Below, piece after piece: positions 1-13,200 of a stretch of 64,000 bases of DNA. A program made the position numbers and the translations under genes. The notes under the pieces were generated by a model that was given only the letters and a program-made list of their open reading frames with translations, made no database searches and was not told the origin of the DNA. Numbering within the stretch: the first letter of the stretch is position 1; the number at the start of each line of letters is the position of its first letter. Source of the stretch: Raillietiella orientalis (lineage: Eukaryota); the NCBI GenBank assembly GCA_036172245.1, contig JAYWIR010000020.1, forward strand, positions 992,001 through 1,056,000, in the 5' to 3' direction.

Positions 1-430
1 AACAGGACTTATCTAGTCCGTTGTTGATTCCGCTGTACATTTGAAAAGATCTCGAAAGATGGGAGATTACTTCTGCTAGATTTCTGTTAGATATCTATCA
101 CCATTTTATTACAAGCAATAAGCATGTTTAACAGAACATTTGCTAGAGGGAATACTGCAATGAATCCCTGTATTACAAAGCAGTATGGTAGATTCCACTC
201 CTCTTCCCCTCTTAAACCCCAAGGTGTTACTGATTGTAATGCGAGAGCTTGAGGAATCTGCACTTTTTGGGTATTCCTTCTTAAGAAGAACAAAGTAATT
301 CACTGAGTTGATAAACTTGAGCAAAGTAATAGTCTGTCTGCCACAATGGAAAAATCTGCCGAAACAAGAAGTAGACTTTTCCGATGCTCAGTGAAGGTTC
401 CTTGCTTTGGAATTATCAATGCTATGTTTC
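1..430 (-). mobile_element. Degenerate non-LTR (LINE) reverse transcriptase fragment
   Basis: Minus strand LIIPKQG ... LLKFINS ... LGFKRGRGVESTIL (cf. IPK.GK and GFR.GRST..AI of LINE RT); frameshifted and truncated. Confidence 0.4.
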
Positions 431-3400
431 AGATGATTGCATCTTTGCGACATTTGGATTCATCTCAGCCCGTCGAAGGCTGTCTCATTCTTGGGAGCTG
501 AGAAAGTCAATTAAAGATGTTTATAAGGACCTTACGAAGATCTCAACAGCTCGAGGTTTAACGGCATCTTCATATTACTGAACTTTATGAGGTCCCAAGC
601 ACTTTCTCTAAAGCTCTAAGTTTTAATGGCAGTTAGAAACCGTTCTGTCTCTTAATACTCTGCCAAACCTCGAAGTGGGCTATTTTTGAGGATTTTACGC
701 TCATTAGGTTTGTTTACAAACTATATCTTTCAGATGAAGATTTCTAATAATAATTCTGTTCAATTGTACTTGAGTTGCTCTTTTTTTGGATGCCTTTGAG
801 TTGCTCTCTTTTTCCTTTTGCTGGTGTATGTCGACACACATACTAGGATCTGTTTTATGTGATTTTGTCTCTTTGTATGTAAGAAAGTTACTGCTTTTAC
901 AAGAATAAAAAAAGCTGACTTCACTTAGCTGGAAAAAGAGATATTTCAGTTTTTTGGTTTGTCCAATAGAGATACAGACAAATGAGGGTAATTAGAAAGA
1001 AATGTTCTAGTAACTTCGATTTCCGAAATGTGCTTCTTCGCTCTCTTAAACCTTCATCTCTGAAGGAGGCATCCCTGATTTCATCTCAGATTCACAGATT
1101 TGCATAGAGAGGAAACATGAAAATAGTTAGTACATATGTTGCCATTTTTAAAGAGGATCGTGATAAAAGACATTTTGCCCCTTAATTCGGAATTTGATTT
1201 ATTGTAAATTCCTTCATCTCTGGAACCTTCCCAACGGGTGCGTTGTCTTCTCATTGCATCGTATTTCATCTTGCAATGTTTTCCTGTCAACTGATTTTAG
1301 AAGGAGAAAAATTTTAGAAAGCACTTTTTGAAATGGGTGCAACTAGGAATTTCAGCTTGATTTGAAGTGATATTTTATCTTTTTATTCAACATTGCTATT
1401 CTTGCTTGGTTCTCACCTTGTTTTGGTGGTCTTGTTATCATTTTGAAACGCATTCTTGCTTATGGATTCTGGACTCACCATGAAGATACGGATTTTCGCC
1501 AAAAAAAAAAAAAAAACACATTTGCAAAAAACAGGTAGTGCTGTTTTGATCGTGGAAATGAAGCTTTGTATTTTTGAAATCCAATGAATTCAAACACATG
1601 CAGCTTTGATGTTCTTCGACAGGAAGACTTCGAGTCACACCGCCATGTCACATTAGGATGCCAATGGAAACGGTCAATTTCATCACCATCAGGGATTAGT
1701 GAGATAAACTTCCGCAAACTCTTGTAATACTTCGAGATTTTGCCAGATTCCTCACGAATGATTCTCAGCTGCAGGGACCGAGTGTATATCCTGAACCGGG
1801 CACATCCTTGAATTTGAAAATTTGATTTGAAAATTTCCTCTAGTTGGATTCGTGTGTGTTCTCCTAAATGTTTCATTAGCTTTCACACGACTATCAATAA
1901 TAGTCAAAGACTTCGTTCTCAGTTTCCATCCCTTCGTTGCATTCCAGGATCAGAAACTTTTGCAGAACTTTATTCAGAAAGATAATTTTGGGTTATATTT
2001 ATTAATTTGCTGCCTTTTTCACTTCAAATTATTCCAACCCTCCGTACTTCCAACATTTTGAAAAGTTCTCCAGGGACAAGTTCTTTTGCTTTTCATCTCG
2101 TTGTTCCCATCTTCTCACTCTGCTCATAGCTTCCGGCAATTCTTCCTATCAAGAGTTTCTTGCCTCTTCATTCTTTGTGAGGCCTCATTTAGAAACAGAG
2201 TACAGACCACAAAACAGCGCAGTTTCTTTCAAAGACTCACTTTGGGTTTTCTTAGGGGATCGATGATTCTAAGCACAGTCTCTTGGTTGGATTCGAGCAA
2301 GTTTTTGTATGTTTATACAGACTGTTTACAGACTGATTAAGCTTTCAGTGAAAAGGCAGAGCCTTTTTTTTTTTCTCTCTCCTGATACTCCTGGATTTTT
2401 TCTAGCTGTGAGAATGAGAGGAAGACGCTTCGCACTTGTTGGGAATTTCTTCCTTCAAAATGCATGAAACGCCTCAGTTCTATCAATATGGATGAAGGCA
2501 GGCGGTGTTAGAATTTCTCATCTTTCGGTCTTTCTCGCGATAGTCACATGAAAAACCCTACGGTCATGGATGATTTCATGTGCTTCTGCTTTATTGGATG
2601 GAAGTTGTGATTTGTTTGACAAGTTTTTCCATGGTAGATTGAAATTAACAAGTTATTTGACATAAACAAATTGCGCGATGTAGTAAGTGGGCTTCCATGT
2701 TTTGATCTAATCGATTCAAACATAATGTCAGACACATTCTCAAATGAGGCATTCGAGAACAATTATAAGAGGGGAAGCAATAAGCAGCAGGAAAGTAGAG
2801 ATCATTGATTTGTGCCATGCTGCTACTGTATGCATGGCATTTGCATTCTATTTTGTCCCATTTTTAAGAGAACAATATCTCGAGTCTTGCAGTGCTCATG
2901 TCACTTATGATTACTTTCTAGTCCACTGTTTCGATGGTCTTCTCTGCGTTCGCCATTTCTTATTAAACGAGAAACTCGGGTTCAAAGTACCAATGCATTC
3001 AGCGTGAAAAATGAATAGCAACAGTGCATCCGTCTAGGTGCAGCTCGAATTCCCTTTTACGAGGAAATTCCTTCTTTTTTCAATCTCATGATTACCAACT
3101 TTCTGCTCAGTATGTAAAAAAAATGAAATCGAGCTGGTGATTGTAAAGTATTGATTCCTTTCTCTCTAGGAAGGTACTGATTGAGTAAACCGTACATCTT
3201 CAACGTGCAGCAGAAAAACGTGGTCAGAAGCAGCTCTAAGTCACCAGCGGTGGAGTTCTGTCCCTTATTTTTATTGCTTGGGAACATTCTATAGAATTGC
3301 TGGCAGTTAGAGAGCTCCGATATTTCGATTGAAGTTCTGTGAGAAACTTTGTCCATAGAGCTCGTGGCAAAGTTAGTGGGCTGGAAAACGAGAGTGATCC

Positions 3401-3499
3401 TAAAAGCAATCCGGAAAAATGAATGCAACCTCAGCGGCAGTTTTACTGAACAGTCACTTCTATACCTTCAAGTTTAATTAAGACCCAAGGCGAGCCAAG

Positions 3500-3800
3500 G
3501 GAAGGAAGGATTGTTCAGCATTATTCACTTAATTCGAAGTTCTACTTCCTTGGAGAACCACAACTCTATTTTGTTTTGGTAGATAGTTAATAATTTCATG
3601 TTGGCCCAATCCATTGACAGTTGGGATAGATTAGGACTAAACCCCACCATAATCGCTTAAGATAAGCCTACTTAATGCATGTAGGTATATTACTTATAAT
3701 ATTCCTGATAATATAAATTCGTATCCACCCTCTAGCAACATTAACTCTGCAAGGACCACTCATTCATAGAAACTTGTTGGCTCCGTATGAGTTCCAAGTC
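3500..3800 (-). mobile_element. Degenerate CR1/Jockey-like LINE RT fragment
   Basis: Minus strand HEIINYLPKQNRVVVLQGSRTS (cf. WI.NYL..R.QRVVL.G..S). Confidence 0.35.
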
Positions 3801-5169
3801 ATAAATACAATCTGTGAACCGCGAACTGAATAAAAAGCACCAAAGCCTTCCAGCCCCATCCTCCTTTAAAAACGAGGCATTAAAAACGAGTAGCAGCAGT
3901 TTCTATAGCAAACAACAGGATCATTCCTAAACTGTCTACTATGAGAATCCACGGGAAGTGTATCAAATCGCATTAAGTCATGGTTCCTTCTTCCTTTCAG
4001 TAATTCCTGGAGAACCAGCTAAACTTTTAGGGGTATATGGGTTTTGTTTGCTGTAGCTTTTTCGAGAAAAGATGCTTCATTTCGTCTGAATGAATTCACA
4101 CTGGTAGATTTCTACAGCAAAAAGCGTGTACGTGACTTTGACGCTGCTCTGACTTGGGCATCTTTTCCAGACGAACGTTCTCAAAACTTGCGAAACTTTG
4201 AAGGAACAAAACGATGCAACTTCTTCCCTAATTTAATGCCATCTAGGAAATGATTCGTCAGACGTGAAGAGAGAACCATAATGTGGGGGAGGATCTTGCT
4301 GAACAGTTCTCATGAGTTAAGAGCTTGACACTGTTGCGCTTTATTCTCTGCTTTTCATGGGCCGAATCGTGTTCAGTGAGCACACTGAACACGATTTAAC
4401 AGCTAGTCGACACAAACAAGTTCTTTTGGAGGCAAAGTAATCTTCATTGTACGGAGAGTAACTGTCTTTCACACATCCTCAGTTGCTATGTGTAAAATTC
4501 AACTCCCTCCGCTAAGAGGTACCAGTGTCTGGTAGATCAAGTCAGAAGCTCGCAGGAAAAATGGAAGCTGCCTCCAACCAGCGAATATCGGAGCCCCTCA
4601 AGACTCCGTTTGCAGACGGTAGTTCAGAACAGAGAGTCGATTCATCATGATCGACGCCTCCCACCCTTGTGAGAACTCGGAGACAATGCTGGAAGGAGAA
4701 GCAGAAGGGAGAAGAACGGAGAGCAAGGACTGCGAACGGCTGCTCCTTTCTCCAGCAGAGGAGTCGATGCGAGCATCCGTCGAGGTGCGATCCCTGGCAG
4801 TGCGCGACCCGAGGAACCACCAGGTGCTCAGACAACCTCGCACTCGTGCAGAACACCTGGATCGGTGTGCCCCAACACACAGCGCGGCCGGGACACGTAC
4901 CGGACGCACCTTGCGGGCCATCCAGTCAGCGCGAACCGTGCCTGCGGAGCAGAGATCGTCTCCGGGGAGGCCAGCAGAGCCCGCATTCACCCCGAACAAT
5001 TGTCCCGGACGCCCCTTTGGCTTCGCGCTGTACCGTGGCAGAAGGTGGTCGCGGTTCACGTGGTCCTTCTCATCTCGGGAGAGGCCATCCCTTTCCTCCA
5101 TTCTCACGAACACGACGCACAACGGCACTTTCCTCTTTCCGAGCCTTGGTCACCAGCGGAGACTCGCGG

Positions 5170-5976
5170 TGGTCGGGAAAGAAGATTGGGTGGGTGTTCC
5201 TGAGAACTAACCTCAGGCAGCACCCGAAGAGATGGTTGCACGGATGCTTGCACGCGGCCGGTTTCAGAGGAGGTCGTCGAGAAAGGCGATTTTTCAGCGC
5301 TCCCGTCAGTGCAGATGATGTTTCGGGGGTGATGGCACCATGAAGCAGTTGAGAAAACACCTCAGATACGGATGGCGTCGGAGGGAGACTTGTTTCCCTG
5401 TCGCGAACGCCTCTGCCAGGTGCTTCCGGGCCCGGTGACGACGTGGACGGCCCTTGCGAAAGGTGACTTGCGATCACGCGGAGGAGAGCCGAACACTTGA
5501 AAAAGGAAGCGGCGAGAAGGAAAGCTGATTTTCGAAGGTCTTGGAATCAGATTGAACAGGAGAGAAAAATCCACAGGCATGTTGTGTATATGCTATACCA
5601 TGACGACGACCTGGTATAGGGTACACCAGCATAGCTCGAGAGACGGCGATTGCTATCACCAGTTTCTTTCAGCGTGGAAAACGCGAGGTTTTCCGAAGTA
5701 ATAAGAAACAAATTCCCTGGAGTGATCACTGCTGATGCTATGGCTGATGAATAGTTTTATCTCGGTTTTACGCATTAGCGGGACCGAAAAGATGAAAGCT
5801 TTCCCTTGTACAGATTTGCGGTGAGAGGGCTCCCTCTTTAGGGGCGACGTCCGGGAGTGTTCATTCGAAGCACGGATGCAGAACCACTTCCAAAAGGATT
5901 TGACTGCAGCGTCAGCGATCCCGTTGCCCCAAGCCAGAAGTACCGCAATAGATGACCGCGCAACTGTGCATTGCAC
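5170..5976 (-). pseudogene. Possible decayed class A GPCR, Moody/Tre1-like
   Basis: Minus-strand fragments in TM order: SIAVLLAWGNG (TM1 GN), IAIAVSR..LV.P (TM3 end), CLWIF (TM4), SRRFLFQVFG...FAR..HVV (TM5-like), HLFGCCL.....THPIFF (TM7-like). Multiple frameshifts. Confidence 0.4.
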
Positions 5977-7339
5977 CCACCTTTCGGGAAAGAAGAAATT
6001 CGGAACTGGTTAGCGCGAGAACTCAGTAGTTCCTTTCCGGTGCCTTGAAAGTTCCCCGCTGGTTGTCGCTGCTAGAGTCCCAGTGGTGCAGATCATTTTA
6101 ACGTGCCTACTGCTGCGAACCTTAACTCTGCCTCCTGCTGACAGCGGCAAGGCCATGGATCAGATCTTGCCAGATTAGATCAGATGATTAGATTTATTTT
6201 TCCGACTTTCTGTCTTAAGCATGTCGCTCTCCAAAAAATGTCAGCAAGTTATGAAGCCCTTGATCTGCCTGCAAGATGAAATTTCATTTCCTTGGCAGAC
6301 AGCAGGTTAGTTTAAGAGCGCGCCGGATTCATTCGGGAGACATCCAATATGGGAAAGGCAAGTTTGGACGGTCGCCATTTTGCAGCTCTGTCTGAGCTTG
6401 GTCTGCACATTCGTGGTGTTCGTACGAAACACTTCCCCACACAGGCAAGCATGGGACTTGCAATTTCCCTGGTTCATGGAGGGTCCGTTTGGTGGTGCTG
6501 GTTCTAATCCATTCAACATAGATGCTGAGAGATGCAGGTCTTCATGTTGGTGAAGATTTCAACAGGCTACTTGCTACTACGCGAGTGTTTGTTTCTGAGT
6601 TTGTTCATGTGTGCAGAGAGTGAGAGAGTGACTGTGAACACCGAGCTTAAGGCACCAACTGTTGTCGACCGGTGCCGCCACCACCGCCCTAGTTGTGGAA
6701 TTCTACGTGAAAGGAAGTCTTCCTGTTTTCCATGCTCTTCAAAAAGCAGTTTCATCTTTTTTCACAACACAGCTAAGCCCTCTCTTTTCTACACCGTTCT
6801 CTGCTTCTCTTGGAGCGGATGAGATTCCTTTCAGTATGTGGCACAAGGAGACCAGGTGATCAACAGAGGCTTCAGACTTGATAAGAGTTCTACAGAAGAG
6901 GCTAAGGAACTCTGTCCTCGTGAGATGACAAGGTTCCCCTGGAAGAAATGTCATCACTTGCAATTAAGATACGGATGAGAAGGAATACCTGTAACACCTT
7001 TTGTATGGATACAGAGGGGAGGATGTGTCGTTCTACAAACGCACGAAGACTTCAAAGACGGAAGAGCACCTGGAGCGGGCGAGGAGAAATCGAGTCGCTA
7101 ATGCGTCCGATAGCCGACTCGTTGTTTATTCCAAGCATCGTAACATTGGATTTAAAGGGGTAATTCCAGAATGGTCATGAAAGGAACATCTCATTGGGCT
7201 GAGCCTCTGTAAGAAAAAGTCAGGAAACGTAAAAGATGCTCCTCTGGAAGAAATACAACTACTTCATTAAAGTTCTGCAAGCGACAACAGTTACATTCTA
7301 TCAAGGTCCGCTAACCGTATCTTCGATGGCGCCACAAGC

Positions 7340-7750
7340 CAATTCTCATGGCAACCATTGCGTACTCCTGGGAGCAATCATTAAGCAACCGCAATTCAAG
7401 CACTACCAGCGGTCTTCTGCTGCTGTTCTCAAGAAAGACTCCTTGGGAAACCACGGAATCTTAAGTTAGTACCATCTCTTCTAAGCAACCAGTCTTTTCT
7501 CTAGAGAAGAGGCCTCCTCGAGCAACAGGATTACTCGTGGATCGCTTAGGGAGTCATCCACGACCCGAACCAGAGACTAAGCAATGGAGACGGTTCCCAC
7601 ACAAGACCCAGTTATTGCCAGATTTCCAAGTCGCCCGGAGAGAGGATGGAAGTAGCCATGTGGGAGGACTGAAACTTGGAGCAGGCGGGGCGATGGAGGA
7701 AGGGAACACTTCCCCAGCAAGTCAGAGGTTCTTCCTTGAGCGTCCCTCCG
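7340..7750 (+). pseudogene. Possible decayed C-type lectin domain
   Basis: In order across frames: HCVL, KTPWE, WIA*G, DGS, GRW, RFFLERP (cf. CY.F, W.EA, WIG, W.DG, G.W, FICE). Confidence 0.25.
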
Positions 7751-10232
7751 TCCTCTTTTGGTGACCGAAAGGCCAGAAACAACTACAGAAACCTAGAATC
7801 TATCAAGGGAGAAGGCATCTTGTTTGGAAAAAATGGACGTGGAGGTATGAAAGTGGTTTGTGATTCGATCACAACATTTATTTACATGCAAAGAAGCAAG
7901 CATGCATATCCAGATGCAGAGAAGCATACCACTTGTTCACTTATCGACTACGCCGACTAGGAGGTCAGCCACATACAAGCGCATGAACATAAAATGGATA
8001 ACCAGTGAAGGTTTAATTGCATCGCAACTTGGGAGGGGGGATCAACCGGAGTCTGTCCCTAACCCTTCCTGTAGGCTTGCCTGTGGCGCAGATGGCGTCC
8101 TCCCTGGTTTCCAGAAAGAGGTGAGGCCATCCTACTGCGTTCCTCACCATGGGCGTTTCTTGTGTCTTGAGGGGATACATATCCCCTCAATTTTGTGGTT
8201 TGTTTTTACAAATGAAGTCTCGGCGTGACTGCGTTCAAACCTTACCATGGAGGGAGTGAGATGAACAGCCGTCTTCGGATACTGGTGCTGCTCCGCCGCT
8301 TGGTGGCCCGCGACTGCTCTTCCTATACGGCACAGCATCCCCAGCGTCCCGACGGACCAAAGTCCATGAGGCGCAGAGGAACCATCATAATAAAGGCTGC
8401 CCTGGGGAGGGAGAAAGGAGGGTGCTTTCACTCGTTGCCTTCCACTGCAAAGTCCGAGAGCAGGTGCAGGGGCAGTTCGATGATACCTCATCTGGCGCAC
8501 TTTGGCAAAGAGATCCCCTTGCGCAGTGCTGCCGGCATCGATTTCACGAGGAACCAGAGCAAGAAATGTCACTGCGTGCTGCTATGAGAAGATAAGTACT
8601 GGTTGGTCCAAGAGAATGCAGAGGACCACAAGTTCATTCAAGGGGATATCGACAGCGTGATCTCGCAACCCGAGCAGTCCTAGGTCACCAAAATGGGTGT
8701 CACCATGTTCGATATTCCTGAGCCGACTAATCACTTGCTGGTTCGTTAACGCCTGATACGCTGCAGAAGATTTTCGTGTCCAGTCTTTTTCGTACCCAAC
8801 TGCCCCAAAGGGTGAGGATCGGGAATCCTGGTGTTGCTACAAGAGTGGGGAAGTGCTCAGAAAAGAGACAGAACAGGTTCCAGTTCTCTTGTGATCTATA
8901 AATCGGTTTGACACACTGCCTGTTGTGAAATTGGAGTGCTAAGCTGGCAAGGAACCAAATTCGTTAGATTCTTCTGATTTTACTGCTGCATCGTTCCATT
9001 CTAGCAGGGCAAAAATTCTGCTTCGACGCACTTTTTCGGGAGTTGGAATTTCTGCTAGTTCTCTCCATCAGAGGAAGTTCAGGATGGTTTTGAAGAGTAG
9101 AGTGGGAACCATTGGCCTGTTACGCAATGTTCACCAGATGCGATGGAAAAGTAGGAGGTTGAGTGATCAGTATCTGTGGAATGCCTGCTCAGAAGTCCTT
9201 GCTTCTGTTTCCTGCACTGGGAAAGCATCCTGAGTGAATTTAAGGCTCGGAATCTGAAAAAGGAGGGGGGAAATGGGGTCCAATCTAACAAAACCAATGT
9301 TCTTTCTTGCATCGCTATGCAAACGCTGTCACATGGAGTTCGTGAGCTCAAGTACTGTAAGCATTAGAAATTGATGCAAATCACTCACCGTGGAGCTCAT
9401 CGTAATCGATGCTCTTCTCCAAGAACGCCGTAAAATTCCTCACCTCAATAGAGCCTTCTGGAGAAGCTCCCGATAGGATTTAGGAACAAAAAAAAAGTTC
9501 AAAAGAAGTCGCCGGTGATAAAACGCGTTGAGTCTTTTTAGAGTTAAACGATTTTAAATTAGCTCCACGGAAGCTGTCAGCAGCCACGCAGTAGTCAGCG
9601 GAACCTTGATTAATGACAGCGCTTAAGACGGAAGAAGACATGCGAAAGAAAGTCGTGACTTGTTGAAATACAGCTGCTTTCGTGGAAACGAAATGCCTCC
9701 ACGCGTTTAGGAGAAAAAAAAAAAAATTCTGAAGACTTTTGCCGACGAACGGGAGCTTGGGAAATCTGAATGTCGTTCCAGCCACCCAGTAGCCCCTAAG
9801 AACGAGAGAAAAATTATGGTATGGCTGCATGAAAAAATTTGAAAGAAAATCATTTGTGATGAATTTGCCAAAGAGAGCATCTTATGGACAAGAAATTGTG
9901 TTTTACTAATGATGAACTAATGTGCGCTCCATGAACATTTCTCTTTTGGGAATTATTGCCTCCGTTGAGATGTTAATATTGCATTATTGCAAAGCATTAC
10001 GGGCATGCATTTGAGGAAGAGAATTTTCTGGGGAAAACAAGAGTCCTCCAAACGCCCAACGTGACATTGGAGATTTTCTCCATCCTCTAATAGTGCTCCT
10101 TATCGATATCAAACGAGTAGTGAAAAGAAAAATCACGTACTGTTAATTCCTACCCTTTGCATCGTCATCAAAGTCAGGTAAGCCTCAGATGTCCTTAGCT
10201 CTCCAGCAGAATACGAGGACGAAAACCGAAAG

Positions 10233-10258
10233 TCACATTTGACCATGGTCAAATGTGA
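10233..10258. repeat. Perfect 26-bp palindrome
   Basis: tcacatttgaccatggtcaaatgtga equals its own reverse complement. Confidence 0.95.
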
Positions 10259-13200
10259 GTTCTCCGTCCAGCAACCTGTGCATCCGAGAATTCGCTACTT
10301 CGTAGACAAAGTCCAATGGAGAAAGCTGCTGAGTTTTTGCTTAATCGAAGAAAGAAAAAGTGAACGACCTTCTCGTTGAGGAAGAACCTGAACAGCGAAA
10401 TTCCGTGATCCTTTATAACTGAAGAAGCCGATTTTCATACATCCCCGTGCCTCTAAAGAGGATGACGTAGATAAAGTCAAACCTAACCTCAAACTGGAAA
10501 CACAGTGATGTCTTTCAGGATTATATGCTGTTCAGTTTCGTTAATACAACCGTTGTGGGTGTTTCACGCCTTTTTTCGATATTCAAATTAGGTTCACAGC
10601 GTGATAAATGGAGCTTGGAATAAGAATGGCTGCACGATGGAAGTGTCAAATCGGCAACTGCGGAATTCTTCCAGCGCTCTCCAGAGATGTAGAGTCTCAT
10701 CGAAAGGTAAAGTAATGTCAAAGTCCGTGCTCTTCTAGCACTCAACACTAACTCAAAGTTGGTGAACAGTTGCCCGTTTTGGCCGGAGGGAAGTTTGTAT
10801 GTGTGTTGGGCACACATGAACGCCCCTAAACACTAGATTCAAATATTCAAACACTTCTAGAAACAATAGGTAAAACGTGCTGTCAAAAATTGAGGTTTTT
10901 GATCACCCATTGATGCACAAACCTTGGTCTTCTTTCTTCCCCACGATGGGTGTGCGGACCATGGGTCAGCTGCTAAGGAATCTAAAGGACTCAGCTTGTG
11001 TTATTGTTTTCTGATACATGACTGGGGATTTAAAGAGAATAAAACAAACAAACAAGCAGTGCGAGACGTCCTCAACGATGTAGAGTAATGCGAATACAGC
11101 ATAATTAATGTAGTAACGCTTTACACTCGCCATCAATAGGGAAGATCACTTTTCAACTGGGAAGCACAATTTTTCTTGGATCTGAGCATGATGTCGGTTA
11201 TCAAAGAAAGCAAAATACGCTTCACAAGTGAGTTACTTGCTATCTTATCAAACCAAACAGGAAGATCCACTATCGATGAACATTGGCTCAGTATGATCTT
11301 TAAAGGACTTCTTGCATGGTATTGAAAAAAAACAAGGAGAAAGAAGGTAATTTTCAAGGGATTGAAAAATAGAAGTTTCGACACGAACTCTTTTAGGAGG
11401 GATCCCTAGTTTGGAAGATTTCACATCAGTGTTTAATCTCATGATGATCATTCGTTTGCTACCTTAGCAAACAAATGATCGAACTGATTTTCAAGAAGAG
11501 ACGATGCTGAGGGAAATCATTTGCTCCAAGTTAAAGCACTTGAATCCGAATGGATGACAAGTCTTGTTTCACCGACTGAGGCAGCAAACAGCTACAGGCT
11601 CTCTTATGGGAATAATCCTTCTAGTCCTGCATGCCTTGCCCGCGTCGGAGGCCGAGGTTACGGTGATCTCCGAGCGTGGCACCATGCGTCGTGGGTTCGA
11701 ATACTCCGAAAGGAATCGACGCAGTGAGCCGTGGGTTCCGAGTTCACCCCACAAGATGACGCTGGTTGGCCTACATTCATTCGGGTGCGGCACTGGTAGC
11801 TGTTAAAACCGGATGTCCCTCCCAATGAGGGCCGGGACAAATGGGAGTCGACCTCCGGGTCCTTCCAGGAATCACGGAGTGGGAGCTCCCCTCCGGTTGT
11901 GAAGGAGAGGATCCCCATTCTGGGGGGACCTTCCGCGTCGTACTGATGGAGTAGGTGTGTCGCCACCACCTCTCCAGAGAGTGCAGAGAAGGGAGCCGAT
12001 CCCTGCGGGAAGCTGCGTCCTTCTGAATTTCGGAAGAGTCCCTCTTGGGTTCACTTCCGAGGGGCAAAAACAGGAGCGGATCCTTGCGGGGGATCCCTCC
12101 GGAGAAAAAATTCCAGGATCGGATCCTTTCGGGTTCCCTTCAGAGAAGAAAGAATGGAGCGGACCTCCCGGGGGTCCTCCGGAGAGAATAAGGAAGGAGG
12201 ATTCCCTTCTGGATTTCCCTTCGGAGACAACCAGGGTGGAGGTGTTTTCCATTTCCGGGGATCCCTCACCAGGCGTGAATGGAACGGACTCCGAGTCCTT
12301 CCTGGATTCAAAAGGCGGAATCTTCCCGGGGTTACCCCCCTATCTTAAAGAATTACCCGCCCTCGGACGGCGTGGAACCGTGTCGAAGAACTGCGAAGAC
12401 ATAAAAGAAGGATTTCCATCATCTATATTTTCCTAAAATTGGTTGCATTATCTGCAGCCTATTGATGTTAGCGTTGGGTTAGGTTAAGGTTTCTGTGCCA
12501 ACATCTTTTCCATTTGCAAGCGCTCTCCTCACCACTAACATCACTTTCTGAATGTGCAACATTGAAATCATCGCTGTTTGGTCGTCAATTTTCTATCCTC
12601 CTGGCATCGTCAAGTTGTATATGAGAAAACCTGGTTCTCGGAGTTATAAGAAAGGCGTTTTGTATTTTTCAAAAACTTGCACATTTCTTCTATTTGCTCC
12701 ACATTCACAATTGTAGATTTTCTTCCCTGTGTGCAACTACCAATTCTGTACATTCGTTAGCAGAAGCTGGTTTTGCTGAAGAGAGGGAAAATTTTCAGTG
12801 CCCGCAGTACTCTCAGCAGCTGCCAATTCCTGCAGATAACTTCACAGGCCTGCAGCACTGCCACCATCAAGAGAGGCCAAAGTGCTCTTCATCTATGAAG
12901 TATGTGCACGGCGTTCCGAATCGAGTTGCCTGAGAAGTGCCGTTCTCACTGCGATAGTCGAACCTAAAGAGCTATGTACTTGCCCTCACTTGTTTATTTA
13001 TTTCTGACCGACCACAAATTCAACTGAATGACTTGGAAGAGAACTTGAAGTGACTTGAAGCCTGTTTCGTTGGGATGATCTCATAAAGAGAAACGGCCAG
13101 GATTGAGACGCAAAACTACCAGTAAGACAAGTGAAAAGTATGTGATGATTAGACTCATATCCTGAGCTTCAAATACAAGGTGGTTCATGCTAGTTACAGA

